From: a virus
Taxonomy: Duplodnaviria; Heunggongvirae; Uroviricota; Caudoviricetes
Strand: one strand, 5' to 3'
Length of the DNA stretch: 51,231 bases
IMG/VR virus record: IMGVR_UViG_3300042691_040811
A program made the position numbers and the translations under genes. Below the pieces are notes generated by a model. It had not been told where the DNA came from. It ran no database searches and was given only the letters and a program-made list of their open reading frames with translations. This document shows positions 19,024 through 28,237 of this stretch, in pieces (positions within the stretch are counted from its first letter, which is position 1; each line of letters begins with the position of its first letter).

Positions 19024-19772
19024 TTTGGTATAAGTCTGGTCTTAGTGTGAAAGCACCACATTTTGTGCAGCGCCATTCAGAACGGGCATTCAGGAAGTTA
19101 ATCTCATCTCCGTAGATATTACGGTAATGCTCCCATGAATGATTACAAGATAGCCATTTTGGTAACTTTCCCTCAAATGATTTCACTGGTTGTCACCGTT
19201 TGCCAAGGCAATCTCAGAAAGGAGCATGGAGCGAATGCGTTGCCCTTTGTGCCATTCCGCCCACCTATGGGCAAAGGCAAATTCCCCCTGAGGGGTAGCG
19301 TAGTCATCAGCGCAACGCATCGGCTCAGGTTCCTCCGGAACCACCCTATCTATTATGTCCTTGAAGTAGGCAACGTCTTCTCTCGTCATTTTTGAAAGAT
19401 TTTCAATCCCCTCAAAATAGGTCATCAAACAGGTCCCACAATAGATTGTAAATCGTAGCAGCGTAGAAAGCAACACATAGGGCAACAATAACGATAACGA
19501 AAATGGGGAAGCACTTGATTGCCAGAGTCACCATGCCCCCAATAGTCAAGGTTGCAAGTAAATGGTTTTTACATTCCTAGGCAGAGTTGGCAGTTCGATG
19601 CGCTTCCACCATCTGTCGTGATCACTACACCATTCCCCCTTAAGGGTAAGCTTGCCGTCACGGTCAATGGTAAAAATTGACGTAACTCTATGGTTGTAGC
19701 AACCGATGTGGTTGCAACATGGTGTGTATTCAGTTTCCTTGCGAACTGCTATTGTAGGGAAGTTCCGGTCGG

Positions 19773-20054
19773 TCATTGCGGATAAGGGATTGCGTAATGA
19801 GGTAACCAGTGAGTGTAGTTCCACAAAGAGGATTCGTTGTACTCGTGGACTTTGTAAGGGAGGATGGCCAGTTCCCAGAATTCCTCAACACCATCCGTCC
19901 TCCAAAGCCAACAGCGGTCCTCTTTATCGCAATCTTCCCTTTGAGGTAGTCTTTCCTCCACAGGGATAGGTTTAAGGACGTCTTTCAACTCAGTCATTTT
20001 TAGGCATGGGTAATATGAAGGCATTAAACGGGAACCAATACTTACACCTCTCAT
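19773..20054 (-). CDS. DUF551-like family protein
   Basis: PIPVEERLPQREDCDKEDRCWLW...YTHWLPHYAIPYP; the true start is probably the internal MTELK. Confidence 0.7.
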   Translation of the reverse strand: MRGVSIGSRLMPSYYPCLKMTELKDVLKPIPVEERLPQREDCDKEDRCWLWRTDGVEEFWELAILPYKVHEYNESSLWNYTHWLPHYAIPYPQ

Positions 20055-20514
20055 TCAAGTTGGGGTCGTTCAACCATTTATGGTCAATAAGCATTATCTG
20101 GTAGTCTCCAAACATAGCCCAACATCTTCCCATTTTGTCACAATCTTCCACATCGGGCATTCTTTCACCTGTGACCACTGGTACGACCCGACACCCCAAT
20201 AATTTCTCTGTCAGTTCTTTCGACTCCTTCCTTGAAACTTCTAACTCCTGAGCGGATATAGGTTTGCACTTGTTGCAAAGTAGCAAATCGGCAGCATTAA
20301 ATACTCTGTCCCAACCTACCCCGTAAAGACGCCCATACCCTTGTTCAATATAGCGCAATCCCCCTACAGCGTCATGAGCCAGAGCCTCTAATTGTTTTAG
20401 CAAATAGGCAGCCTGAGCAAACTTACCGCCATCTGTTGATCCACCCCAGGCGTCACTAGCTTTTGCTTCCAAAAATCCCACCGACTCCTTAATGATATTA
20501 GAGATTCCGTCCAT
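19990..20514 (-). CDS. Mosaic protein: GWDRV module plus DUF551-like domain
   Basis: HDAVGGLRYIEQGYGRLYGVGWDRVFNAAD followed by ERMPDVEDCDKMGRCWAM. Confidence 0.7.
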   Translation of the reverse strand: MDGISNIIKESVGFLEAKASDAWGGSTDGGKFAQAAYLLKQLEALAHDAVGGLRYIEQGYGRLYGVGWDRVFNAADLLLCNKCKPISAQELEVSRKESKELTEKLLGCRVVPVVTGERMPDVEDCDKMGRCWAMFGDYQIMLIDHKWLNDPNLNERCKYWFPFNAFILPMPKND

Positions 20515-20820
20515 TGGCTTAACTTTTCTTGCGATAGCTTATAGGTTTACAACCGCAAGGGACTATTGCGGCAGGGCCGTCGTGAATGGCAATGATGCCT
20601 ACGATTTCAGCATCCCGACCCTCAGAGATTTGCAAAACTGCTGGGCCATCGGCAGGAGTATAAACGTCGCCCACGACAATGAGGTCCCCAGCAGCCAGCA
20701 CCTTGAGCAAAGGTTGGCGAATGGTGCGCATAAGCCCACGCCATGCCACCCTAGGTAGATCCGCTAAATTGTTCCCGACCATCGCCATTCCCAGATAACC
20801 GTCAGTTTTTAGCTAAATTA

Positions 20821-20859
20821 GAAAGAAAGCCCACCCCCCCCTTAAACAGGAAGGTGGGC
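20821..20859 (-). terminator. Probable intrinsic terminator
   Basis: GCCCACC...GGTGGGC stem followed by a T-rich tail on the minus strand, just after the stop at 20881. Confidence 0.45.
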
Positions 20860-20880
20860 ACTTAGACTAAGCCTATGCAA

Positions 20881-21357
20881 TTAGACAGAAGCCTTCAGAG
20901 AGGCAAGCTTGGCCTCCAGGTCCTCAATGGAACCAGAAGTGAGAGTCTCCCGCTTCTTGAGGACAATAGCCTCTTGCAATTCCTTGATTTCGCTGGCACG
21001 GGCAGCAGCTTCGCTCTTCTTCCTATTTTCCTCTTGACGAATCGCAATGATTGTTTTGAGGATTTCAAGCATGGCGCTCAGATCATCCCGGCGGGGATTA
21101 GGAGCAACCTCAACAAAAGATTCCTCCTCAAGGGAACGAAGCTCCCGCTTTACTGCGATGGCGACGTTGTTAACGCTGAAACCGTTCTTAGCAGTGAGGG
21201 GCATGTCCCACAGTTGCTCTACGGTGAGATCACCCTTGTCAGAGGGGAAGCGGAACTTCTCACGGCTGGCCAGCATGAACAGATTGATGTCAGACATTTT
21301 GCTTAAGAGCTTAAAGGTGTAAAGGTTTAACCTACGGGGAGTCCCCGCAGGGATCAA
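20881..21357 (-). CDS. Conserved large-phage coiled-coil protein (probable start MSDIN)
   Basis: ASREKFRFPSDKGDLTVEQLWDMPL motif; translationally adjacent to the 664-aa gene. Confidence 0.75.
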   Translation of the reverse strand: MIPAGTPRRLNLYTFKLLSKMSDINLFMLASREKFRFPSDKGDLTVEQLWDMPLTAKNGFSVNNVAIAVKRELRSLEEESFVEVAPNPRRDDLSAMLEILKTIIAIRQEENRKKSEAAARASEIKELQEAIVLKKRETLTSGSIEDLEAKLASLKASV

Positions 21358-23348
21358 AATTGTAGCAGATAGGGGCGGCCATCAGCGATAGCCGTCACAG
21401 TATCTGAACGGGTGGATGAGAAGCCAACTCCTGAGAGTTGGTTATTGCTCGGCACACATTTGGTTTTGTTGCCAAGCACCTCAAAGACTTTGCGATGAGG
21501 TTCAAGTTCATTTGTCAGGAACTCATTGTAGATACCACGGGTTGGTTCAGGGTTAAGACATTTGTCTAGAATGAAGAACCAATGCTTGTTGCCTACTCCC
21601 TGGGAATTCTCCCAGTGATTAGGGGAAAGCATGAGCATGTTCACCCTGGTTGGCTGAAGGGTTTTCACCCCCCACTTTTCCGTAGAGATTTCTACGCCCT
21701 TACCAACACCGTTAAAGGTGTCGATTTTTGTTAGCTTTCCACCTGAAACAGTGAGGGTCAACATGTGAACCTCTTGCTTAAAGGAAATGGGTTTTCCGTA
21801 GGAAAACTGATGTACAACCCCTTCAAACTCAACCTCCAGTTTGCACCCCGTATCGGAGGTTTCCCTTTGGTTGAAGTTGTGGACGGTAATCTTATACTCG
21901 CCATCTTTAAGGGAGTTCCAGCTGAGGTTCTCCACAGGTTCCCTGGAAGTCCCCCCTCCGGCGTTCATGTCAACATCCAAAACCCCACATTTGTTGCCGT
22001 AGTAGATGTGGTTGTTTTTCTCCCATGCACCTTGGCCGGGAGCGTAGCAATGAATGTCAAGGTCATCGTAGTTAAACCATGCCAAAGAGCAGCGTAGCTT
22101 AGCATTGATGTTTCCCCCTGCCTTCTTCACCCTTTCTTTGATGGAGTCAGCAACATCCCCATCATAGGACCATGCAAACGAGTTCCCCCACTTGAACAAG
22201 ATGCCAGAGTCGGGGATAGCCGGGGCCGTCAGACTGACGAAGTTGGAAAGGTGGCGATTCTCCAAAATAAGCTCGATTTTCTTATTGCGCATTGCAATAA
22301 AATCTTCGATTTTGATGGAGGTGGGGTCTTTAGGGACTTTTACAGGCCTCACCTCACCCATCAAGAGATCGGTAATACCATCCTTCGTCTTCCCTACCAC
22401 TTCATTATCAACGAAGATAACGTCATTGACGCTAATGTCTTCGATGGCGGCAAAGCGGCGATTGATCGCATCCTCAAGGTCAAGTCCCTTAAGCTTAAAC
22501 ACTGCCTGCTCAATCATCTTGGGGGTGATGAGGGCTGTGGGCCGCTTGTAGTTTGTAGGGGCTACCTTGGACTCAAAGGCCCTAACAGCACCTTCCAAAT
22601 CAGTGCCTTGTGCAAGGTCAACCAGCAGAGTTCCGATCACTGAATTACGGAAACGACATGCTGGCGAGTTAATGTTTGACCAGCAAAACATCTCCTTGCC
22701 CTTAGGGTTTTCGATCTGGATATACTTGCGTTGCAGCGAACGAAACTCCACAACCGCCTTACGAAACTCTGCCCCCCTGTAAATGGAGTTTGAGTCAATT
22801 AGGGAAACTACTTCATCAAGATCATCTTGGCGGATCTCATCAAGACCACGCTTAAATACTTGATAAGTAGAGTTGTAGGAACCGATAGTTTCCCCAATAG
22901 AGGAGGAAGGTGCGATGGCCTTACGTGGTGTATCACCGTGGAAGTGATTCCAAATGATGTTGTTGGCATGTTCGACCGTTTTCTCAATGCCAAAGGATGG
23001 TTCCTTTGTCCTGAAAATGGATTGAATGGGGGAACTGCCTACGATTTTGCTTAGGGCTTGAGAAACAACGTTGTAGGGATGAGGGAGACTTTCATAGTTA
23101 TCCCACACCGTACACACCTTGTTGTCCTTAATCGTTACAAGGAGGCCCAGATTGCGAATGAATTGTTTGCAGCATTGGCAATCATGTTCCGTCCGCTCTC
23201 GGAAAATCGGGTTAGCTCCCTCCGGGAACGCAGCAAGGTATTTGTCGAAAATGTCGGGGCATTCTACTTTGTAGAACTCGGACGCCGATGACATTCCCGT
23301 CAGAGTGGCGTTAACGGCGGCGGAAAAGTCCTTAAAGTTCTCACTCAT
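21354..23348 (-). CDS. Conserved large-phage protein with a YfaP/DUF2135-like beta module
   Basis: HDCQCCKQFIR near the N-terminus; LRCSLAWFNYDDLDIHC...LDVDMNAGG...PVENLSW in the C-half. Confidence 0.7.
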   Translation of the reverse strand: MSENFKDFSAAVNATLTGMSSASEFYKVECPDIFDKYLAAFPEGANPIFRERTEHDCQCCKQFIRNLGLLVTIKDNKVCTVWDNYESLPHPYNVVSQALSKIVGSSPIQSIFRTKEPSFGIEKTVEHANNIIWNHFHGDTPRKAIAPSSSIGETIGSYNSTYQVFKRGLDEIRQDDLDEVVSLIDSNSIYRGAEFRKAVVEFRSLQRKYIQIENPKGKEMFCWSNINSPACRFRNSVIGTLLVDLAQGTDLEGAVRAFESKVAPTNYKRPTALITPKMIEQAVFKLKGLDLEDAINRRFAAIEDISVNDVIFVDNEVVGKTKDGITDLLMGEVRPVKVPKDPTSIKIEDFIAMRNKKIELILENRHLSNFVSLTAPAIPDSGILFKWGNSFAWSYDGDVADSIKERVKKAGGNINAKLRCSLAWFNYDDLDIHCYAPGQGAWEKNNHIYYGNKCGVLDVDMNAGGGTSREPVENLSWNSLKDGEYKITVHNFNQRETSDTGCKLEVEFEGVVHQFSYGKPISFKQEVHMLTLTVSGGKLTKIDTFNGVGKGVEISTEKWGVKTLQPTRVNMLMLSPNHWENSQGVGNKHWFFILDKCLNPEPTRGIYNEFLTNELEPHRKVFEVLGNKTKCVPSNNQLSGVGFSSTRSDTVTAIADGRPYLLQF

Positions 23349-23422
23349 TGCTTAAAAGGTTCATTGACCCGTGAACACAGAGCTATTGTAGCACAGGGAG
23401 GGAGGGTGGCAACCGGGGAAGG

Positions 23423-23893
23423 TCAAAGGTAATGGTTTCTTAACAAACCGAACTGGTCTCCAGGCGGAAGGTCGTGGAAAAATTCATCAGAGACATAATC
23501 AAAGGTGCTATTTCCATGCCCCAAGCAGACATAGTTGTCCTTTATTTTTCGGGCTAACCCTCTGGGACCCCTGATGGCACGATTTGCCAGGTACCATTGA
23601 TTTGAATGGCTAATGTGCCCTTTCTGCCTATGGGAGACTATGTTCTCAAAAGCCTCTACGCTAAGGGTCATTTCATTTGTGCTCTTAATGACCCAACCTT
23701 CACTGACCTTAACCCTGACGTATTTTAGGAGGTTTTTCCAATCAAGGATGTTCCTGTTAGGGTAGACATGCAGAAAGAAGCACCATCCGCTTGCACTTCT
23801 CCCCAGGTAAACTTTTCGGGAATCTCCTAGAGGAACGCTCGAATTTTCCACAAGATAGTAGTCTATCCCCCTTACTAGCATTTTAGTCCGCAT
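23423..23893 (-). CDS. Hypothetical phage protein
   Basis: YLGRSASGWCFFLHVYP motif; preceded by TGCTACAAT at 23903-23911. Confidence 0.65.
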   Translation of the reverse strand: MRTKMLVRGIDYYLVENSSVPLGDSRKVYLGRSASGWCFFLHVYPNRNILDWKNLLKYVRVKVSEGWVIKSTNEMTLSVEAFENIVSHRQKGHISHSNQWYLANRAIRGPRGLARKIKDNYVCLGHGNSTFDYVSDEFFHDLPPGDQFGLLRNHYL

Positions 23894-23958
23894 GGTTGCC
23901 TAATTGTAGCACCTTGATGGGCGGCCTGATTCATGGCTGTGCCAATTTTACCTTTGGC

Positions 23959-24192
23959 TCAATCACTCGCCCACTTCCTGCCTAAGACATCAATCTCAAA
24001 TCCTACCCTGTAGACGTAAAAGAAGAAGTTTAGCAATCTACCATAGCCTGAGGACAGTTGGAAATAGGGCCAAGACGGGTAGTCGTTCCAACTTAGTGAC
24101 ACTTGTAGTAAGCAGTTGCCTTTGACTTCAAGCAGAGAGAACTTTACTTCTTTGCCAAAGTTTTCTTCGAAAGTTGTCGTAAAAAGATTCAC
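23959..24192 (-). CDS. Cyanophage-type hypothetical protein
   Basis: 77-aa aromatic-rich ORF. Confidence 0.6.
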   Translation of the reverse strand: MNLFTTTFEENFGKEVKFSLLEVKGNCLLQVSLSWNDYPSWPYFQLSSGYGRLLNFFFYVYRVGFEIDVLGRKWASD

Positions 24193-24344
24193 CCTTCCCC
24201 CAATGCCTGAGCAATTTCAATGATCTCTTCTTTGGTGTAGATCAGGGAAAGTATTAGAATTTCAGCAACTAGCTTCTCCTCAGTATCTGCCCCACTATTC
24301 CTACTTTCCCAAATGCTATCCATTAGTTCTTTATGCTTTTCCAT
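24189..24344 (-). CDS. Small hypothetical protein (not in ORF track)
   Basis: MEKHKELMDSIWESRNSGADTEEKLVAEIL...; 51 aa, GTGA-coupled to the next gene. Confidence 0.55.
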   Translation of the reverse strand: MEKHKELMDSIWESRNSGADTEEKLVAEILILSLIYTKEEIIEIAQALGEG

Positions 24345-24592
24345 TTTTATAGGAAATTAGAAAGCCCCAGGAATGTAGTAAATACTTGTCCCCAGGGCGT
24401 AATAGTTAAGGTCTACCTGTGTAAGTAGGTTGAGTTGTAGACCTTAAGCAATTAGAAACGAGTGAGAGGGCCATCAAAGCAGTTTGCTTTTCTTCGTTCG
24501 CCCTCCGTAAATCATCCTTCTTAAGGCTGGTGCAAAGAAAAGACCATCTGCCAATAGCACAAAAATATACATTTTCGAAGATTTTAGCCTGT

Positions 24593-24817
24593 TCAGGCTT
24601 GTACGAGTTGTTCAACTTGCTCCGCAGACGTGTATTTTTCAATCAGGTCTACATAACCTGCTGTTTCCAAAGCTGAAAGGAGTTCCCCATCGTCTAGCTT
24701 CTCAATCTCATTTTGCACAGCCAGGGAGTAAACTCTAAGGACTTCGCTGACAGGTGCGTTATTAATCACTCGTGAAATAGTCTCACTGACCAGTTCTGTT
24801 CTATTTTCAATTGTCAT
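24593..24817 (-). CDS. Cyanophage-type hypothetical protein
   Basis: 74-aa acidic helical ORF. Confidence 0.65.
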   Translation of the reverse strand: MTIENRTELVSETISRVINNAPVSEVLRVYSLAVQNEIEKLDDGELLSALETAGYVDLIEKYTSAEQVEQLVQA

Positions 24818-24971
24818 AGTTTTTAAACTTTTTTTGTTGTTCTAAGGTTAACCACTGCTTAAGGGCGTGGGCCTCTCTTAATTTACCCTCTTTTAAAGAG
24901 GTGTTGTTTTCAAGGAAAAACCCTATTGCTTCTATAGCAAGGTTGTAGTCCTTTTGCGATAGCAAAGACAT
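24807..24971 (-). CDS. Small hypothetical protein (not in ORF track)
   Basis: MSLLSQKDYNLAIEAIGFF...ALKQWLTLE, 54 aa, directly after the tRNA. Confidence 0.55.
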   Translation of the reverse strand: MSLLSQKDYNLAIEAIGFFLENNTSLKEGKLREAHALKQWLTLEQQKKFKNYDN

Positions 24972-25018
24972 TTCTTCCTACGTTCTTCAAAAGGTTTGGC
25001 ATCTTTGTAGGATGCCGA

Positions 25019-25093
25019 TGCACGCTGTGGGAATCGAACCCACCTTCTGCAGGTTATGAGCCTGCGGCATTCCGACCAGATTGCTAAGCGTGC
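25019..25093 (-). tRNA. tRNA with CAT anticodon (elongator Met or Ile2)
   Basis: Acceptor GCACGCT/AGCGTGC, anticodon arm GCAGG-CTCATAA-CCTGC, T arm GTGGG-TTCGATT-CCCAC; no encoded CCA; lacks initiator hallmarks. Confidence 0.9.
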
Positions 25094-25194
25094 GCTCTAA
25101 AGGAGGTTGCCCTCCCCCAGCAGTGTAGCAGACTGGAGAGGCCCTGACAACCCCTTTAGGCCAGGGGGGGGGATTCTCACCTACATCATTAAAC

Positions 25195-26616
25195 TCATTG
25201 CTGAGGTTCAATTGGCGTGAGCTTTACTGTAGTGCTACCGTGGTTGTAACCCTTGGGGGGATTAAAACTAGGTTTAGTATCCCACTCCTCTTTAGATCTG
25301 ATATTCCATTCGGAGCCTTCCGTCGAATCAGAGCCGTCCTCATCACAAAACGATAGGGGCCTTACAAAAAAGTCTTTCCTCAACCTCTGAATCAGCTCGT
25401 AAAATTTGTCATTTGCCCCCACATTCATACCTAACTTTGGCACTCTTATCCTTAGAGATCCAAAAAATCTACCCTTGCCGACATTATACGTCTTTACGAT
25501 TTTATCGAATGCCTCCCCGCTAAGGATTTCATCTTCTGTCAGTTCTACCACCCCCTCAACCATTTCCTTCGTAGGAGCTTGCCGAACATTCTCATCCTTA
25601 GAGAGACGGCTAAATATAGTGTTGTCCACGATGCGATAAAGCCTTCCCATCACCCCTGAAAATAGCTCATTGTATTCTTTAGCCTTTCGCTTTACTTTCC
25701 TGAGAACTGAGCTTCTTAAGGGGTCATACCCGATAATCTTGCAAAAGTACAGGTCTTCATATCCCTGGTTCTTAGTCAAGGTTTGAATTTCGTTTGTTGC
25801 ACAAGCGAACAGAACCTGAAGTTTCATTAGTTCAGGTCCTCCGGGGAAGTTGGAACGAAAATAGTCGTATGGGGCGATCCAGCCAAAGTATGCACGGGAA
25901 TAGTCGCCTACTACCGTCGCATTTCCCTCCTGAGGGCTATCATTGGGGTACTGCTTAGCCCACTCCAGACCAGGGATAACCCTAGGTTGGTGTTGATTGC
26001 TTGAGTTAAAAATCTTGAATGACGGGATCTCTTTAACAACCTCTTCTTCAGTTTTCTTAACAAACCCGGAAGGATCTAAAGGTTTTGCTCCCCCCAGCAA
26101 GTAGTATAGGTCTGGGGTGATAACGTCTAAGCTCTCTGCTGAAGCCTTCAACTCAATCTTCCTTGACTCATACTCCTTTGAACCTACTTTATCCGACATT
26201 GCCTCCTTCAACTCATTTAGCTTTTCCTGAGGGATGGAATCAATAAAGTACCAAAACTCCAGCACCTTATCCCAGTTTTTACCTAGGATTCTCTCTGGTT
26301 GAGTCAGGACAATGGCAGGGTTTAGGCTTGAGAGATCGTTGAACCTTCGCAAAAGCACAGAGTGAACCGTACTAATACCTAAAGTTTTGGCAGTGAATTT
26401 GTCAAGGTTTAATCCCTGGTTGTCATAGCTTGAAAGCGAACCTTTAAGGAAAGCCTCAAAGTCCATCACTCCCATGCCCTTAGAGAGCATGACTGCCTCG
26501 CTCTGAGCACAGGGGATTAGGCCACCCTCGTCTCTGACTATCTCATAGCCTTTGCCGGGTAGGCTATCAGGTTGAGACCATTTTTCGGAAAGTTTTTTAA
26601 TTAGTTTGTTGTTCAT
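25195..26616 (-). CDS. Large hypothetical protein embedded in the tRNA cluster
   Basis: 473-aa ORF; no motif recognised. Confidence 0.75.
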   Translation of the reverse strand: MNNKLIKKLSEKWSQPDSLPGKGYEIVRDEGGLIPCAQSEAVMLSKGMGVMDFEAFLKGSLSSYDNQGLNLDKFTAKTLGISTVHSVLLRRFNDLSSLNPAIVLTQPERILGKNWDKVLEFWYFIDSIPQEKLNELKEAMSDKVGSKEYESRKIELKASAESLDVITPDLYYLLGGAKPLDPSGFVKKTEEEVVKEIPSFKIFNSSNQHQPRVIPGLEWAKQYPNDSPQEGNATVVGDYSRAYFGWIAPYDYFRSNFPGGPELMKLQVLFACATNEIQTLTKNQGYEDLYFCKIIGYDPLRSSVLRKVKRKAKEYNELFSGVMGRLYRIVDNTIFSRLSKDENVRQAPTKEMVEGVVELTEDEILSGEAFDKIVKTYNVGKGRFFGSLRIRVPKLGMNVGANDKFYELIQRLRKDFFVRPLSFCDEDGSDSTEGSEWNIRSKEEWDTKPSFNPPKGYNHGSTTVKLTPIEPQQ

Positions 26617-26642
26617 CCTTTTAAGTGTCGTTTAAGGAAAAA

Positions 26643-26714
26643 TACCTCTACAGGGATTCGAACCCTATTCATTCGGTTATAGGCCGAAGGCTTTAACCCA
26701 TAAGCAATAGAGGC
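26643..26714 (-). tRNA. trnI: tRNA-Ile(UAU) with C at position 33
   Basis: Acceptor GCCTCTA/TAGAGGT, anticodon arm TTCGG-CCTATAA-CCGAA, T arm TAGGG-TTCGAAT-CCCTG. Confidence 0.85.
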
Positions 26715-26767
26715 AGAAAGGGAGGATTAAACTCCTCCTAACTTAGCAGTTGGCGCTAATACGGGGT

Positions 26768-26930
26768 TTGGCGTTAAACTGTCATTAACAGATTCTTAAT
26801 CTCACGATTAAGTGTTCCTGCTTCGTTCTTTTAGACTCAATATTGGCCTTAAAGTCCACAGGCTTAGTCCGCTCGCCCAGCGGTATTTTAATTGTCCCTT
26901 ACTTACCCAGGAAAATTGCTTGGTTTTTGC
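26768..26930 (-). ncRNA. Diverged stand-alone omegaRNA-like copy lacking the IS left end
   Basis: CCGCTGGGCGAGCGG hairpin, AGCCTGTGGA, GAAGCAGGAA, CGTGAGATTAAGAAT and terminal ACGCCAA align with the tnpB 3' end/right end. Confidence 0.7.
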
Positions 26931-26980
26931 AACTTTCCAGTTGAATGAGCTTTGAAGACTTATTTTGTTACCTTAATCAA

Positions 26981-27103
26981 TCACCCCTCCGCAGCATCAT
27001 CATAGGCATCCAGAGCATCTTGAATTTCAGCAGAGGTTTCAGCCTTATCCAGCGCATACAGTAAATCGGAAGCGGCGGGGCTCAGTTCAGCAGCCTTCAT
27101 CAT
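26981..27103 (-). CDS. 40-aa acidic peptide (not in ORF track)
   Basis: MMKAAELSPAASDLLYALDKAETSAEIQDALDAYDDAAEG. Confidence 0.5.
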   Translation of the reverse strand: MMKAAELSPAASDLLYALDKAETSAEIQDALDAYDDAAEG

Positions 27104-27187
27104 TAGGGAAATGTTCACTTTTTACTTAAAGTAGAGGTTTATAGAGTTGATTCTCTCTGTTGTTTCATGCCCTTTGTACAAGGGCAA

Positions 27188-27261
27188 CGACCTCTGATGG
27201 ATTCGAACCATCGACATACTGCTTAGAAGGCAGTTGCTCTAATCCGCTGAGCTAAGAGGCC
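27188..27261 (-). tRNA. trnR: tRNA-Arg(UCU)
   Basis: Acceptor GGCCTCT/AGAGGTC, D arm GCTC/GAGC, anticodon arm ACTGC-CTTCTAA-GCAGT, T arm GATGG-TTCGAAT-CCATC. Confidence 0.95.
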
Positions 27262-27349
27262 CTGCTTAGGGGTTATCAACTTAAGGGGGAAGGTTGACCC
27301 TGTTCCCTCACCCTTCGCTATTATAGCCGGTTGACTTGGAAAGGAGCAC

Positions 27350-27637
27350 TCAGAAAACGGAAGAATGTATTAAGTGGTGGGAGCCTGGGGAACGTTGCCT
27401 AAGAAGATAATCCACCATTTTAATTTCATCCGTTTTGGAAGATGCCCTGTCCAGGTCACCCTGGGATACCCAATGCAAAAGCAACTCCACTTGGTTTGGG
27501 CCAATAACCCTGGAAGACTTGTTAAGAAAACCTTGCTGCTGTCTAAGCCAGGGATTCCAAACATCAGCATCTGCCTGCATAAAATCCTTGACAAACTCTT
27601 TAGGTTCAACCTGGTAAAGCAATCGCTCAGTTATCAT
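27350..27637 (-). CDS. Cyanobacterial ABM-like dimeric alpha/beta-barrel protein (TIGR03792-like)
   Basis: E.L.YQV...F..AD..VW.PWL..Q.GFL.K pattern recalled from that family. Confidence 0.55.
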   Translation of the reverse strand: MITERLLYQVEPKEFVKDFMQADADVWNPWLRQQQGFLNKSSRVIGPNQVELLLHWVSQGDLDRASSKTDEIKMVDYLLRQRSPGSHHLIHSSVF

Positions 27638-27902
27638 CTTGCTCCCCCTTGTATTCTTCCCATTTGTCTAAAGGGCACTTCATGTTAGCAAAGGACGTCT
27701 TTATTCCGAGAATACACAAGCAAATTTGACACTGATCGGACTTTGGTAAGTACCGGTCGCAAGAATGACATAATTCTAATCGGTTTAAGCGCACATCTCT
27801 GGGAACCAGTTTGGGATTTTCTAAGACCCTGCGTGCGCTATCCTTAAGAGAGTCCCCGAAGGATCTCCTACAACATTCCTCTTTATGCTCTTCCATACTC
27901 AT
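27627..27902 (-). CDS. Cys-rich hypothetical protein
   Basis: RLELCHSCD...QCQICLC...K...CPLDKW. Confidence 0.65.
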   Translation of the reverse strand: MSMEEHKEECCRRSFGDSLKDSARRVLENPKLVPRDVRLNRLELCHSCDRYLPKSDQCQICLCILGIKTSFANMKCPLDKWEEYKGEQDDN

Positions 27903-27903
27903 C

Positions 27904-28182
27904 TCAACTAGAAATTTTTTGAGAATTGTCTAAAGGGCTAACCCCAAGCAATGCTTCAAAAAATGCCACCCTATCTTTCTCCATCGTGTAATCAACTTGG
28001 TATTTTTTACAAAGTTCTACTATGGCTTCCTCATGAGGGGAGCAAGCCCCCCGTGTATAATCGCAATAGCGGATATGGTTTAAGAAGCAATCTTTTACAA
28101 TGTCGTATAGTTCGGCCATGTCCGCCTCGGGCACCGATAAGAATCTGTCTTGGAGAACGTGGGCCGGAAATGAAACTTCCAT
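27904..28182 (-). CDS. Hypothetical protein
   Basis: 92-aa ORF in the tiled run. Confidence 0.55.
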   Translation of the reverse strand: MEVSFPAHVLQDRFLSVPEADMAELYDIVKDCFLNHIRYCDYTRGACSPHEEAIVELCKKYQVDYTMEKDRVAFFEALLGVSPLDNSQKISS

Positions 28183-28237
28183 TTTGTTTAGGTGTTGGTT
28201 GGGGGGCGAAATGTCTCACCCCCCTTAGCAATTTAGG

